This document shows, piece after piece, positions 16,551 to 27,148 of a stretch of 64,000 bases of DNA. Both the position numbers and the translations under genes were made by a program. The notes beneath the pieces were generated by a model. That model saw only the letters and a program-made list of their open reading frames with translations. It was not told the origin of the DNA and made no database searches. The stretch's first letter is position 1, and each line of letters starts with the position of its first letter. Origin of the DNA: an uncultured Acidobacteriota bacterium (GTDB taxonomy: Bacteria > Acidobacteriota > Polarisedimenticolia > J045); NCBI GenBank assembly GCA_963702425.1, contig CAVPCQ010000037.1:160001-224000 (forward strand). Reading direction: 5' to 3'.

Positions 16551-17900
16551 TCAGCCGCGGCGCCGGCCGCCGCGGCGGCGACCTCCGCGTCCGCCGCTGC
16601 GCGCCCGTCCGGCGGCGCGCCCCCCCTCGCGGGGTGCGGGAGCAGGGGCACTGCCTGCCGGGAAGGCCTCGGCGAGCCGGCGTCGCCAGGCCGCGACGTC
16701 CTCCAGCGCGTCGCCCGTCGCGCGCGCGTGAATCTCGAACAGGTCGAGCGTCTCCGGGAAGTAGTGGCGCCGCACCAGGGCGCCGGTCGGCGGCCGCCGG
16801 CGATCCGGGAGCGTAACCAGCCGGTCGAGCGTCAGCAGGACCTGTCGCACCCGCTCGGCGTCCTTTCGGCTCAGGGCAATCCGCTGGGAGAGCCCGCGCA
16901 GCACCTCGACCACGACCGGCGCCGGGTCGGCGGCGACCCCGCGCGCGCCGCGGGCCCGCGCTGCCGCGACCGCCTCCAGGACCGGGCCGACGAGCAGGAC
17001 CGAAAGCTGGACCGGGGTACCGAGCGCGCGGCCCGCGTGCGTCATGTGGTCGGTCTGCCGCAGCGCGGCGCGCAGCGCCTCGAGGTCCTCGAACCGTCCC
17101 TCGGCGAGGGCGCGCTCGAGATAGCCGTGCAACTCGGGCAAGACCACCGCCAGCACGCCGCTCTCGCGCAGGAACTCGAACGCGGGCGCAATCGCTCCGC
17201 CGCGGAACATCCGCAGCAGGTCCTCGAGGATCCGCGGCGCCGCGGCGCGGAGGATCTCCTCGCGCCGCGCGACCATCGCCCGCCAGGTATCCTCCTCGAG
17301 CGTGCAGCCCATCCGCGCCGCGAAGCGGATCGCGCGCAGGATGCGGATCGGGTCTTCCGCCATCCGGACGTCCGGGTCGCCGATCGTGCGCAGCACGCGG
17401 CGCTCGACGTCGGCCACGCCGCCGACGAAGTCGAGGATGACCTGGCGCCGGACGTCGTAGAAGAGCGCGTTCCAGGTGAAATCGCGCCGCCAGGCGTCCT
17501 CGGCCGCGCTGCCGAAGACGTTGTCCTCGCGGATCAGCCGGTCGCCGTCGACTTCGACCGGCTCGCTCGCGCCGGCGCGGAAGGTGGCGACCTCGATGAT
17601 CTTGTCCCTGAAGTGCAGGTGCGCCAGGCGGAAGCGCCGGCCGATGATCCGGCAGTTCCGGAACAGGCGCCGAACCTCGTTCGGGTGCGCCGAGGTCGCG
17701 ATGTCGAAGTCCTTCGGCCGCAGGCCGAAGAGCAGGTCGCGCACGCAGCCGCCGACGAGGTAGGCTTCGAAGCCGGCGTCCGCCAGGCGCTCGACGATGC
17801 GCACCGCGTCCGGATCGAGCCGGTCGCCCGGGAAGGCGATCGGGATCTCCTGCGCCGGGGGCAGGGCGGGTCGCGCGGGATCGGAAGCTTCGGTCATCAC
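16551..17900 (-). CDS. pcnB: Poly(A) polymerase I
   Basis: AYLVGGCVRDLL-x-G-x-PKDFD, PAP-specific signature IIGRRFRLAHL, RRDFT, EDPIRILRA, basic C-terminal tail. Confidence 0.9.
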   Translation of the reverse strand: MMTEASDPARPALPPAQEIPIAFPGDRLDPDAVRIVERLADAGFEAYLVGGCVRDLLFGLRPKDFDIATSAHPNEVRRLFRNCRIIGRRFRLAHLHFRDKIIEVATFRAGASEPVEVDGDRLIREDNVFGSAAEDAWRRDFTWNALFYDVRRQVILDFVGGVADVERRVLRTIGDPDVRMAEDPIRILRAIRFAARMGCTLEEDTWRAMVARREEILRAAAPRILEDLLRMFRGGAIAPAFEFLRESGVLAVVLPELHGYLERALAEGRFEDLEALRAALRQTDHMTHAGRALGTPVQLSVLLVGPVLEAVAAARARGARGVAADPAPVVVEVLRGLSQRIALSRKDAERVRQVLLTLDRLVTLPDRRRPPTGALVRRHYFPETLDLFEIHARATGDALEDVAAWRRRLAEAFPAGSAPAPAPREGGRAAGRARSGGRGGRRRGGRRRG

Positions 17901-17934
17901 ACCTCGCAGGGTCGAGCGTCGCCGGCCGGGCCGG

Positions 17935-18690
17935 TCAACCGCCGAACAGCTGGCCCAGCCAGCGACGGTTGACCTGGCGGTTGAGGCGGCCGATGGCGTC
18001 GGTCAGGGGGATCTCCTTCGGGCAGACGGCCGCGCAGTTCTGCGAGTTGCCGCACGCCGTGATCCCCCCCCGCCCCATCAGCGCCCCGAGGCGCTCGCCT
18101 TCCTCCATCCGGCCGGTCGGATTGAGCAGGAAATAATACGCCTGCCCGAGCGGGGCGGGGCCGATGAACTGCCCGGGATCGTGCCCGGTGAAGTTCGGGC
18201 AGGCTTCCATGCAGCAGCCGCAGGTCATGCAGCGACTGTACTCGTAGGCCTCCGCCTGTTCGGCCGGGGCCCGCCTCGGGGCGGGACCGAGGTCGTAGGT
18301 TCCCTCGATCGGGATCCAGCCCTTCACCCGCTCGAGCCCGTCGAACATCGGCGTCCGGTCGACGATCAGGTCGCGCACGAGCGGGAACTTCGAGAGCGGC
18401 TCGATCGTGATCGTGCCCTCCGGAAGGTTGTCGACCAGGGTCGAGCAGGCCTGCATCGGCACGCCGTTGACCCGCATCGAGCACGACCCGCAGACCTCCT
18501 CGAGGCAGGCCGACTCGTAGGCGATCGGCGTCACCGCGCGTCCCGCGGCGTCGACCGGCTGGCGCGCGATTTCCTGCAGGCAGGCGATCAGGTTCAGTCG
18601 CTTCTTGTAGGGGAGCCGGAACTCCTGCCAGGAGGCGGGCGCGCCCGGCCGTTCCTGTCTCCGGATGCGAAGCACGATCTCGCGGCGCAT
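17935..18690 (-). CDS. sdhB: Succinate dehydrogenase iron-sulfur subunit
   Basis: CLEEVCGSC, CMTCGCCMEACP, CGNSQNCAAVCPK (Bacillus-type). Confidence 0.96.
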   Translation of the reverse strand: MRREIVLRIRRQERPGAPASWQEFRLPYKKRLNLIACLQEIARQPVDAAGRAVTPIAYESACLEEVCGSCSMRVNGVPMQACSTLVDNLPEGTITIEPLSKFPLVRDLIVDRTPMFDGLERVKGWIPIEGTYDLGPAPRRAPAEQAEAYEYSRCMTCGCCMEACPNFTGHDPGQFIGPAPLGQAYYFLLNPTGRMEEGERLGALMGRGGITACGNSQNCAAVCPKEIPLTDAIGRLNRQVNRRWLGQLFGG

Positions 18691-18710
18691 GCGCTGTTCC
18701 TTCCCGACCG

Positions 18711-20534
18711 TCAGTCGTACTTGCGGGCCACCGGCTCGAGCAGCGAGGTGTCGATCGCCTCGAAGCTGAACTCGGGCCCCTTCGGGGTGTGGGTCGCGAT
18801 CGTCGACTTGAGCCAGTGCTCGTCGTCGCGGGCCGGGAACTCGGGCTTGTAGTGCGCCCCGCGCGACTCGTCCCGCAGCCGGGCGCCGCGGGTGATGAGG
18901 CGCGCGAGTTCCAGCATGTTCTCGAGCTGGTTCACGAAGGGCAGCTCCTGGTTGGACCAGTCGCCGGAATCGGTGACCCCGATCTCCTTCCAGCGGTCCA
19001 TGAACGCGGTGATCGCCGCGTCCGTCCGGTCGAGGTTCGCATTGGTTCGCACGATCGTGACGTTCTCGACCATCACGTCGCCCAGCTCGCGGTGGATCCG
19101 GCGGGCGTTCTCCCTGCCCTGCATCCGGCGGATCCGCTCGAACCGGTCGTGCCACTTCCGCGCGGCCTCGTCGAAGAGTCCCGAGGGGAGTTCCGCGGCC
19201 CGGCGCTCGGCGCCCTGGGCGGCATAGATCGACGCGGCCGGGCCGGAGACCATGCCGGCGTAGATGCACGACAGGAGCGCGTTCGCCCCCAGCCGGTTGG
19301 CGCCGTGGTACTGGTATTCGCACTCGCCGGCGGCGTAGAGGCCGGGGAGGTTGGTCATGTGGTTCCGCGGCGAGGCGTGGTCGTAGTACCCGTCGGGCGT
19401 CTTCTCGAAGTCGACCCACAGGCCGCCCATCGAGTAGTGGATCGCGGGGAAGATCCGCATCGGGACCGTGCGCGGGTCGTCGCCGACGAACTGCTCGTAG
19501 ATCTCGAGGATCGCGCCCAGCCGCCGGTCGAGGAACTCGCGGCTCTTGTGCGTCAGATCGAGGTAGACCTCGTTCTCGCCGCCGACCCCCAGGCCCAGGT
19601 CGACGCAGACCTGGTAGATCTCGCGCGAGCCGATGTCGCGCGGAACGAGGTTCCCGAACTTCGGGTACCGCTCCTCGAGGAAGTACCAGCGCTCGGACTC
19701 CGGGATCTCCTTCGGGTCGCGCACGTCGCCCTTCTTCCGCGGGACCCAGACCCGGCCCCCCTCACCGCGCGCCGACTCGGACATGAGCCGCATCTTGTCC
19801 TCGCCGGGGATCGCGGTCGGGTGGATCTGGACCATCTCCGGGTTGCCGAACCGTGCGCCCTCGAGGTAGGCCGCCGCCGCGGCGGAGCCGGTGCAGATCA
19901 CGGAGTTGGTGCTGCGGCCGTAGACCACGCCGAGGCCGCCCGTGGCGAGGATCACCGCGTCAGCGGGAAAGGCCTCGATCTTCATCGTCCGCAGGTCGAG
20001 CGCGACGATTCCGCGGCACGGCCCGCCGGGCGCGGCGAGCACCGGTCCGAGGAACTCCCAGCCCTCGTACTTCTGCACCAGGCCCTCGACCTCGTGGCGC
20101 CGCACCTGCTCGTCGAGCGCGTAGAGCAGCTGCTGGCCGGTCGAAGCCCCGGCGAAGGCCGTCCGGTGGTGCAGCGTGCCGCCGAAACGCCGGAAGTCGA
20201 GGTCCCCCTCCGCGGTGCGCGAGAACGGCACGCCCATCCGGTCGAGCAGGTAGATGATCTTCGGCGCCTCGTGGGTCATCGAGCGCACGGGCGGCTGGTG
20301 CGCCAGGAAGTCGCCCCCCTTGACCGTGTCGTAGAAGTGGATCTCGGGCGAGTCGTTCTCGCCCTTGATGTTGACGGCGGCGTTGATCCCGCCCTGAGCG
20401 CAGGCCGAATGGGACCGCTTGACCGGGACGACCGAGAACAGGGCGACCTGCTGGCCGCGCTCGGCGAGCTTGATCGTCGCCATCAGGCCGGCGAGACCGC
20501 CGCCGATCACGAGGAAGCGGGGCTGGGCGCTCAT
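18711..20534 (-). CDS. sdhA: Succinate dehydrogenase flavoprotein subunit
   Basis: GGGLAG, KRSHSACAQGGIN, QIHPT, SESARGEGG, HYSMGG, HGANRLGANALL, ESRGAHY. Confidence 0.97.
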   Translation of the reverse strand: MSAQPRFLVIGGGLAGLMATIKLAERGQQVALFSVVPVKRSHSACAQGGINAAVNIKGENDSPEIHFYDTVKGGDFLAHQPPVRSMTHEAPKIIYLLDRMGVPFSRTAEGDLDFRRFGGTLHHRTAFAGASTGQQLLYALDEQVRRHEVEGLVQKYEGWEFLGPVLAAPGGPCRGIVALDLRTMKIEAFPADAVILATGGLGVVYGRSTNSVICTGSAAAAAYLEGARFGNPEMVQIHPTAIPGEDKMRLMSESARGEGGRVWVPRKKGDVRDPKEIPESERWYFLEERYPKFGNLVPRDIGSREIYQVCVDLGLGVGGENEVYLDLTHKSREFLDRRLGAILEIYEQFVGDDPRTVPMRIFPAIHYSMGGLWVDFEKTPDGYYDHASPRNHMTNLPGLYAAGECEYQYHGANRLGANALLSCIYAGMVSGPAASIYAAQGAERRAAELPSGLFDEAARKWHDRFERIRRMQGRENARRIHRELGDVMVENVTIVRTNANLDRTDAAITAFMDRWKEIGVTDSGDWSNQELPFVNQLENMLELARLITRGARLRDESRGAHYKPEFPARDDEHWLKSTIATHTPKGPEFSFEAIDTSLLEPVARKYD

Positions 20535-21244
20535 CGCGTGGCTCCTTCGGCGAAGGGGGCCTCCGGCGGCGGGCCCGACGCGGCCTTGGCCGGCTGCAAC
20601 CGGAGCGGCGAGAGCCCGCCGAGCGGGCCGAACGCGAGCAGCGAGTTCAGGCCCGTGATCGCGAAGGCCAGCGCGACGAGCAGCGCCGCCCAGGACCAGC
20701 GCCGCTGGGCCGCCTTCGAGGTCAGGAGACCCCAGTGGATCGCAAACCCCCAGAGACCGTTTCCGAAGTGGAACGACGCCGCCAGCACGCCCAGGACGTA
20801 GATCGCGACGGTGAGCGGGCTCTGCAGCTTGTCGTGCATCAGGGCGTAGAGGTCGTGGGTGCCCTGGCCGAACCACTCGGCGAAGCGGGTCGTGATCACG
20901 TGGTACGGGATGAAGAGCAGCAGGAGGACGCCCGACACCCGCTGCAGCGTGAAGAGCGCATTCTGCCGCAGCGGGAGCGCGCGGTTGTTGAACTTCGCCT
21001 CCCAGAAGATCCAGACGCCGATCACGGCGTGGAATGCGATCGGCAGGAAGATGCCGAAGGTCTCGAGCAGGAACAGGTATGGGAGCGAGCGCAGGAAGTC
21101 GACCTTCTCGTTGTAGGCGGCAGCCCCGCCGAGCGCGAACGAGTTGGTGAGCCAGTGCTCCAGCAGGAAGACGCCGACCGGCACGACACCGGAGAGGCTC
21201 TGCAGCCGGCGAAGGGTAAAGTACTGCCGATCCGACAACGCCAT
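20531..21244 (-). CDS. sdhC: Succinate dehydrogenase cytochrome b558 subunit
   Basis: Five TM helices, LRRLQSLSGVVPVGVFLLEH, FHAVIG, YHV, FHFGNGLW. Overlaps the sdhA start. Confidence 0.93.
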   Translation of the reverse strand: MALSDRQYFTLRRLQSLSGVVPVGVFLLEHWLTNSFALGGAAAYNEKVDFLRSLPYLFLLETFGIFLPIAFHAVIGVWIFWEAKFNNRALPLRQNALFTLQRVSGVLLLLFIPYHVITTRFAEWFGQGTHDLYALMHDKLQSPLTVAIYVLGVLAASFHFGNGLWGFAIHWGLLTSKAAQRRWSWAALLVALAFAITGLNSLLAFGPLGGLSPLRLQPAKAASGPPPEAPFAEGATR

Positions 21245-21393
21245 GAGCGACCTCTCCTCGGGTGCGGACGCCGGCCGGCACCGGACGATCCGGAGCGTCG
21301 CACGGACGCTCCGAAGGTGGGAGCCGGGGCGGCGACAGGCGGCAGGGCCCGTCGCGCCGGGGGATGATAGCGCACGGAGAACAGGGAGCGTCA

Positions 21394-22315
21394 TTGAATA
21401 AGCACTCACGCAGCCTGGCCTTCGGGTGTGTCTTACTTGGCGGTCTATTCATGTTAGACGGCCTGGGAGGCACCCCTCGGCCCGAGCCGCTGCGCTCGCT
21501 CGCCGGCTGGACGGCGCTCGAACTGGGCGGCGAGCGTTTCCTCGTCGCCGCGGCGCGCTCGCGGCTCGAGCGCTGGCCGGCGACCGAGGCCGCCGCCGAC
21601 TCGCTGCTACGGGTGACGACGACGGTGACGATCTTCGGAGCGCGGAACGGACGCCACCAGGTCGACGCGCTCTCCCGCGGGACGCCGCCTGCGACCTCGC
21701 GCTGGACCGAGGTCCAGTACGGCAAGCGTGCCCGCGCGATGCAGGTCGAGGACGGCTGGCTGTCCGCCTGGCGCTTCAACCTCCCCCCCGGTGACGCGCT
21801 CCCCGCGGCCGGGGCCTGGGGCAAGCCGAGCAAGCCGGCCGTCGTCGCGATCCCCGCCGGCGCTCCCGCCGTCTGCGGCACCGTCGATCCGTACACCCTG
21901 CTCCTGCGGCTCGACTGCCTGGCGGCCGACCCGACGCGCCGCGCCCTGCTGCTGTCCCGCGAGGGGGCCGCCGCGGTGCGGGTCGAGCGGCGGGAGCGGC
22001 GGGTCGAGAAGCTGAAGCTGCGCGATCTCGACAGCGGCCGGTCGATCGAGGCGGAACTGCTCCTGCAGCGCCTCGAACTGGCCGGCGGCGCCGGGGCGCG
22101 ACGGCGCAACGGCCTTCGGAATGGTCGGAGACGTCTCGATCTGGATTGACGAGACCAGTGGAGCGGTGGTGGAGATCGAGGGCCGGCACGAGCACGTGCC
22201 GGGGACCATCCGCCTCCGGGCGCGGGCTTTCTCACGGCGGGCGGTGCCCCGCCCGGCGCCGCCCTGGCCCTTCGTCCCGGTCGAGCGGCTTGACGGCGGC
22301 CCCGCCGGTTCGTAG
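21394..22315 (+). CDS. Hypothetical exported protein (DUF3108-like), frameshift near 22105
   Basis: N-terminal hydrophobic stretch, TVDPYTLLL, then in another frame GDVSIWIDETSGAVVEIEG...GTIRLRA. Confidence 0.55.
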
Positions 22316-22343
22316 ATTCCCCCCCCTTCCGCGGAGTCACCCC

Positions 22344-22871
22344 GTGCTCCACGCCACACGTCTGACCATCGCTCCGACCGCCTTCGTCGCCCCCGGCGCC
22401 GTGCTGGTCGGCGACGTCACGCTCGGCGACCAGGCCAGCGTCTGGTACGGCTGCGTGCTGCGGGGCGACATCGAGCCGATCACGATCGGTCCACGCACGA
22501 ACGTGCAGGACCTGACCGTGGTCCACGTCGATCTCGGCCTGCCGACGATCGTCGGCGCCGACGTCACGATCGGGCACCGCGCCGTGATCCACGGCTGCGT
22601 CGTCGAAGACGGGGCGCTGGTCGGGATGGGAGCCGTCGTCCTCTCGGGGGCGCGGATCGGCGCGGGCGCACTGGTCGCCGCCGGAGCGGTGATCAAGGAG
22701 CGGTTCGTCGTCCCGCCCCGCGCGCTGGTCGCCGGCGTGCCGGGGAAGATCGTCGGAGAGCTGGACGATGCGCTGCTGGAACGCGTGCGGCGCAACAAGG
22801 ACCACTACGTCGCCACGGCCGCCCGCTACCTGTCGGGCGAGCTGGGCGGGGGGCCGCGTGGCGGCCGCTGA
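22344..22871 (+). CDS. Gamma carbonic anhydrase family (YrdA/PaaY-like)
   Basis: Hexapeptide repeats, SVWYGCVLRGD, TNVQD, H ligands in VVHVD, IGHRAVIHGC. Confidence 0.93.
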   Translation: MLHATRLTIAPTAFVAPGAVLVGDVTLGDQASVWYGCVLRGDIEPITIGPRTNVQDLTVVHVDLGLPTIVGADVTIGHRAVIHGCVVEDGALVGMGAVVLSGARIGAGALVAAGAVIKERFVVPPRALVAGVPGKIVGELDDALLERVRRNKDHYVATAARYLSGELGGGPRGGR

Positions 22872-23847
22872 CGAGCGCGCGTTCCTGGAGCTGGCCGGCC
22901 CGGGCCGGCGATTCGTGCTGACGACCCACGTACAGCCGGACGCCGACGGCATCGGCAGCGAGCTGGCGCTGGCTGCGCTGCTCCGCGCGCTGGGCGCGGA
23001 GGTCCGCATCGTCAACGCCGACCGGACCCCGGCCGCGCTCACTTTCCTCGACGAGGCGGGGGAGATCGCGACCTACGAGCCCGCGGAACACGACCCGCTG
23101 CTGGCCGGCGCGGACGCGATCGTCATGCTCGACAACTCGGATCCGGCGCGGCTCGGTGCGCTCGAGCCGGGCGTCCGGGCCTCGACCGCGCGCACGGTGA
23201 GCATCGATCACCATCCCGATCCCGACCCGTTCTGGTCGCTGCTCGTGGTGCGCATCGGGGTGAGCTCCACGGCGGAGGTCGTCCTCGACCTGGCGCGCGC
23301 CGCCGGCGTGCCGCCGTCACCGGCCGCGGCCCGCGCGCTCTACGCCGGCCTGGTCGGCGATACCGGGCGCTTCCGGTTCGGCAGCACCAGCGCCGAGGCG
23401 TTCGCGATGGCGGCCGAGCTGGTCCGGGCCGGCGTGTCGCCGGCGGCGATGTTCGCGCGGATGGAGGAGTGCGTCAGCGGGCCGTTCCTGAAACTGATGG
23501 GGCGCACGCTCGGGGCCGCCGAGCTGCTCGAGGGGGGCCGGCTGGTGGCGCTGAGCGTGCCGCGGGCCCTGATCGTCGAGCTGGGCGCCGAGGACGAGGA
23601 CACCTCGGAGATCATCAACGAGGCACTCCGGCTGGAACCGAGCCGCGTCGCGGTGCTGTTCCGTGAGCAGGCCGACGGACGCACCAAGGTCAGCCTCCGC
23701 AGCAAGGGGCTCTTGGACGTCAACCGGGTCGCCCGCCGCCACGGCGGCGGAGGTCACCGCAACGCGTCGGGGATCGTGCTCGGGTGTCCGCCCGACGAGG
23801 CGCGCCGGCGGCTCCTCCCCGAGCTGGCCGAGCTGGCTGCGGAGTAG
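22858..23847 (+). CDS. nrnA: DHH/DHHA1 phosphoesterase (nanoRNase/pAp phosphatase)
   Basis: THVQPDADGIGS, SIDHH, DTGRFRF, KVSLRSK, GGGGH-x-NASG. Confidence 0.9.
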   Translation: MAAADERAFLELAGPGRRFVLTTHVQPDADGIGSELALAALLRALGAEVRIVNADRTPAALTFLDEAGEIATYEPAEHDPLLAGADAIVMLDNSDPARLGALEPGVRASTARTVSIDHHPDPDPFWSLLVVRIGVSSTAEVVLDLARAAGVPPSPAAARALYAGLVGDTGRFRFGSTSAEAFAMAAELVRAGVSPAAMFARMEECVSGPFLKLMGRTLGAAELLEGGRLVALSVPRALIVELGAEDEDTSEIINEALRLEPSRVAVLFREQADGRTKVSLRSKGLLDVNRVARRHGGGGHRNASGIVLGCPPDEARRRLLPELAELAAE

Positions 23848-24707
23848 CGCGCCTCGAGGCACGCCACCAGGGCCGCGGCGACGTTGCGGCCGGAGGCGCT
23901 CTCGATCCCCTGCAGGCCGGGCGAGGCGTTCACCTCGAGCACCAGCGGCCCCTTCGGCGACTCCATCAGGTCGACCCCCGCCGCGCGCAGCCCCACGGCG
24001 CGCACCGCCTCGATCGCGATGCGCCGCTCCTCGGGCTCGGCGTGGTGCACGACCGCCACGCCGCCACGGTGCAGGTTGTTACGGAACTCGCCGGCGGCCG
24101 CGCGCCGCCGCATCGCGGCCACGACCCGGCCGCCGGCGACGATCAGCCGGAGGTCGCCGTCGCCGCGCAGGAACGGCTGCACGAGGATGTGCTGGTTGAA
24201 GACGTGGAACGCGCCGACGATCGACTCCGCCCCCGCCGCGCTCTCGGCCAGCATCACCCCCATCCCCTGGCTGCCGTCGCTGAGCTTGACCACGACCGGC
24301 GCCCCGCCGAGGACCTCGATCCCGCCCCGCACGTCCCGCGCGTCCCGGGCGAACGCCGTCGCGACGGCGGGCACCCCGTGCCGGGCCAGGCACTGCAGCG
24401 TCGAGAGCTTGTCGCGGGCGATTGCGATCCCGCTCGCGGAATTGAGGCCGGGGACCCCCAGCGATTCGAGCTGGCGCAGCACGGCGAGGCCCGCGAACGA
24501 CCACGAACGGCCGATCCGGGGGAGGACGGCGTCGACCGGCCCGAGCGGCTCGCCGCGGTGGAGCAGCGCCGAGCGTCGGCCGTCTACCAGCATCGCGCAG
24601 CGCAACGGGTCGACGACCCGCACCTCGTGGCCACGGGCACGGCAGACCAGGGTCAGCCGTGCCGTGCTGTAGAGGTGCCGGGAGCGGGACAGGATGACGA
24701 TTCTCAA
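23754..24707 (-). CDS. RimK-family ATP-grasp alpha-L-glutamate ligase
   Basis: MRIVILSR-x4-YST, DAVLPRIG, ARDKL, GSQGMGV, FRNNLHRGG, AGVDL, LEVNASPGL-x-GIE. Confidence 0.9.
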   Translation of the reverse strand: MRIVILSRSRHLYSTARLTLVCRARGHEVRVVDPLRCAMLVDGRRSALLHRGEPLGPVDAVLPRIGRSWSFAGLAVLRQLESLGVPGLNSASGIAIARDKLSTLQCLARHGVPAVATAFARDARDVRGGIEVLGGAPVVVKLSDGSQGMGVMLAESAAGAESIVGAFHVFNQHILVQPFLRGDGDLRLIVAGGRVVAAMRRRAAAGEFRNNLHRGGVAVVHHAEPEERRIAIEAVRAVGLRAAGVDLMESPKGPLVLEVNASPGLQGIESASGRNVAAALVACLEARYSAASSASSGRSRRRASSGGHPSTIPDALR

Positions 24708-24802
24708 GGGGGCGCGCTCCAGGGGGCGTGCCGGGTCAGTATAGATCGATGCCCCAGTTCTCCGTCCGTCGCTGTTGACAGGCGGGGGGCGCGGCGGCGA
24801 CG

Positions 24803-25474
24803 ATGCCAGCCTCCCCCTTCCCCTTCCGCGAGGACCGCGATCCCGTGTTGCGCGTCGGCATCCTCCTCGCCGGCTGCGGAGCCCACGACGGTACCGATCC
24901 GTTCGAGGTCGCGTTCGCGGCGCTGGCGCTGGACCGTCACGGCGTGCGCGTGGCGTACCTCGCGCCGGCCGGCCCGCTCCAGGAGGTCATGGACCACATC
25001 GCCGGGATGCGCGACGAGTCGGCCGCCCCGCGCCGGCTCGATGTCGAGAGCGCGCGGATCGCGCGCGGCCCGCTGCTCGCCTTCGACGAAAGCGGAGCGC
25101 TCGGCCTTTCGGCGCTCGTCGTCCCGGGGGGTGCCGGGGTCGTCAAGTGCCTGATGCACGGCGCCTTGGTGCCAGGCGAGCGAGCCGAACTGCACGAGGC
25201 GGTCCGGCGCCCGCTGGTCGCGCTCCGCGCGCGCGGAGCGCCGCTCGGCGCGATCGGACTCGGGATCGAGGTGCTCGCCCGGATCGAGCCGGAGGCGACG
25301 TTCGATGCCTTTGCGACACCGCCCCGGACGGCCGGGGTGGACGAGGCGCGGAAGCTGGCCTGGGCCCCCGGGTTCCTCGGGACGGATCGCCCGGCCGACG
25401 CCGCGGCCGGGATCGAGGCGATGGTGAAGGCGCTGGCGCGGATGCTGGGCCGGCCGGCAGCCCTTCCGCGATAA
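24803..25474 (+). CDS. ElbB-like DJ-1/PfpI family protein (degenerate)
   Basis: VGILLAGCGAHDGTD-x2-E, R-x2-VESARIARG, LVVPGG-x-G. The nucleophile-elbow Cys is absent (GAIGLG). Confidence 0.75.
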   Translation: MPASPFPFREDRDPVLRVGILLAGCGAHDGTDPFEVAFAALALDRHGVRVAYLAPAGPLQEVMDHIAGMRDESAAPRRLDVESARIARGPLLAFDESGALGLSALVVPGGAGVVKCLMHGALVPGERAELHEAVRRPLVALRARGAPLGAIGLGIEVLARIEPEATFDAFATPPRTAGVDEARKLAWAPGFLGTDRPADAAAGIEAMVKALARMLGRPAALPR

Positions 25475-25495
25475 TGGCGTCCGGAGTCGAGACGG

Positions 25496-26426
25496 ATGAC
25501 GAAGAGCAAGCGTGCGCTGCTGAAGATCCTCCTGATGACGCCCAGGCCCCTGGTCTGGCGCTTCGCCCGGACCTACATCGCGGGCGACACGCTCGATGAC
25601 GCCGCACGGACGATCCGCGAGCTGAACGCCGAACGAGTCTGCGCGACCGTCGACGTGCTCGGGGAGTGGGTCGAGAACGAGGGCGAGGTCCAGTTCTTCG
25701 TCGACCAGTACGGCAAGACGATCGACCGGATCGTCGCCGACCGGCTCGACGCCAACGTATCGATCAAGCCGACCGCGATGGGGCTGGCGATCGCCCCCGA
25801 CCTGGCGTTCCGCTCGATCAGCGCGGTTCTCGAGCGCGCGAAGCGGCACGGCCTGTTCGTGCGCCTCGACATGGAGGACAGCCCCTACACCCAGGCGACG
25901 CTCGACCTCTATTTCCGGCTGCGCGAGGCCGGCTTCGACAACGTCGGCGTCGTGCTCCAGGCCTACCTGCGCCGGACCCTCGACGACGCCGCGCGGCTGG
26001 CGGACGGCCGGGGCGTCGGTCCGGCTGTGCAAGGGGATCTACGTCGAGCCGCGCACCCTCGCGTACCAGCAGTTCGACGCCGTGCGGGAGGGGTTCGTGG
26101 CGGCGATGGAGATCCTGATGAAAGGGAAGGGCTACACCGCCGTGGCGACCCACGACGAGTGGCTCGCCTTCCGGGGTCAGGCGATCGCCCGGTCGCTGGC
26201 ACTGCCGCGCGACCGATTCGAGTTCCAGATGCTGCTCGGCGTCGATCCCGAGCTGCGGCGGATCATCGTCGGGCAGGGCTACAAGATGCGGGTCTACGTG
26301 CCGTACGGGAACGGCTGGTTCGGCTACTCGATCCGGCGCCTGCTCGAGAACCCGAAGTTCGCGACGCACGTCGTGAAGAACGTGCTCGGCCTTGGCCCCG
26401 GGTCGGGGGCGGCTGCGAAGGCGTGA
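25496..26426 (+). CDS. Monofunctional proline dehydrogenase, frameshift near 26005
   Basis: YIAGDTL, DVLGE, SIKPT, VRLDMEDS, GVVLQAYLRRT, then VRLCKGIYVEP, VATHD, FEFQMLLGV, RVYVPYG, YSIRRL-x-ENP. Confidence 0.9.
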
Positions 26427-27148
26427 AGATCTTCGCGCTGGGCGATCCGCACCTTTCGTTCGGCCGTCCCAAGCCGATGGACATCTTCGGCCCGCTCTGG
26501 GTCGACCACCCGCGGCGGATCGCCGAGGCCTGGGACGCGGTCGTAGGAGCGGACGACGTCGTCCTGGTCCCGGGTGACATCTCCTGGGCCCACACGCTCG
26601 ACGAGGCGGCGCCCGACCTGGGCTTCCTCGCCGCGCGGCGGGGGCGGCTGAAGGTCCTGCTGAAGGGCAACCACGACTCCTGGTGGCCGTCGATCGGGAA
26701 GCTGCGGGCGGCCCTCCCACCGACGCTGGCGGCGCTCGACAAGGACGCGCTGCGGCTCCGGGAGGGGGTCGTGCTGTGCGGGGCCCGCGGCTGGAACCTC
26801 CCCGAGATGCCCTGGAGCGACCCGGAGAAGGACCCGGCGATCTTCCACCGCGAGCTGGTCCGCCTCGGCCTCTCGCTGGCCGCGGCGCGCGCCCTCGCGC
26901 AGCCGCGCGACATGCTGCTGGCCCTGTTGCACTACCCGCCGCTCGGCCCGGGCGCGACGACGAGCCGCGTGCTCGAGGAACTCGCGGGCGCGGGGGTGAC
27001 CCGCGCGGTCTACGGCCACCTCCACGCCGACGACCACCGCTGGGCCCCGCGCGGGCCTCACGGCGGGGTCGAGCTGGTCTTCGTCGCCGCCGACTACACC
27101 GCCTTTTCGCCGGTGGAGGTCTGGGACTCCGCCCGCCCGGGTCACTGA
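26423..27148 (+). CDS. Calcineurin-like metallophosphoesterase
   Basis: GDPHLS, KPMDIFG, PGDISWA, KGNHDSWW, LHYPP, YGHLH. Confidence 0.92.
   Translation: MKIFALGDPHLSFGRPKPMDIFGPLWVDHPRRIAEAWDAVVGADDVVLVPGDISWAHTLDEAAPDLGFLAARRGRLKVLLKGNHDSWWPSIGKLRAALPPTLAALDKDALRLREGVVLCGARGWNLPEMPWSDPEKDPAIFHRELVRLGLSLAAARALAQPRDMLLALLHYPPLGPGATTSRVLEELAGAGVTRAVYGHLHADDHRWAPRGPHGGVELVFVAADYTAFSPVEVWDSARPGH

Noticed and set aside
18711-23042. 1443-aa ORF as a giant SdhA fusion
   Set aside because: SdhA starts at 20534. The upstream part is a stop-free shadow frame across sdhC and opposite-strand genes, which is common at this GC content.
23754-23847. 94-bp convergent overlap of nrnA and the RimK-like gene as a regulatory feature
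   Set aside because: The RimK tail is low-complexity read-through. A scarcity of stops or an indel explains it.
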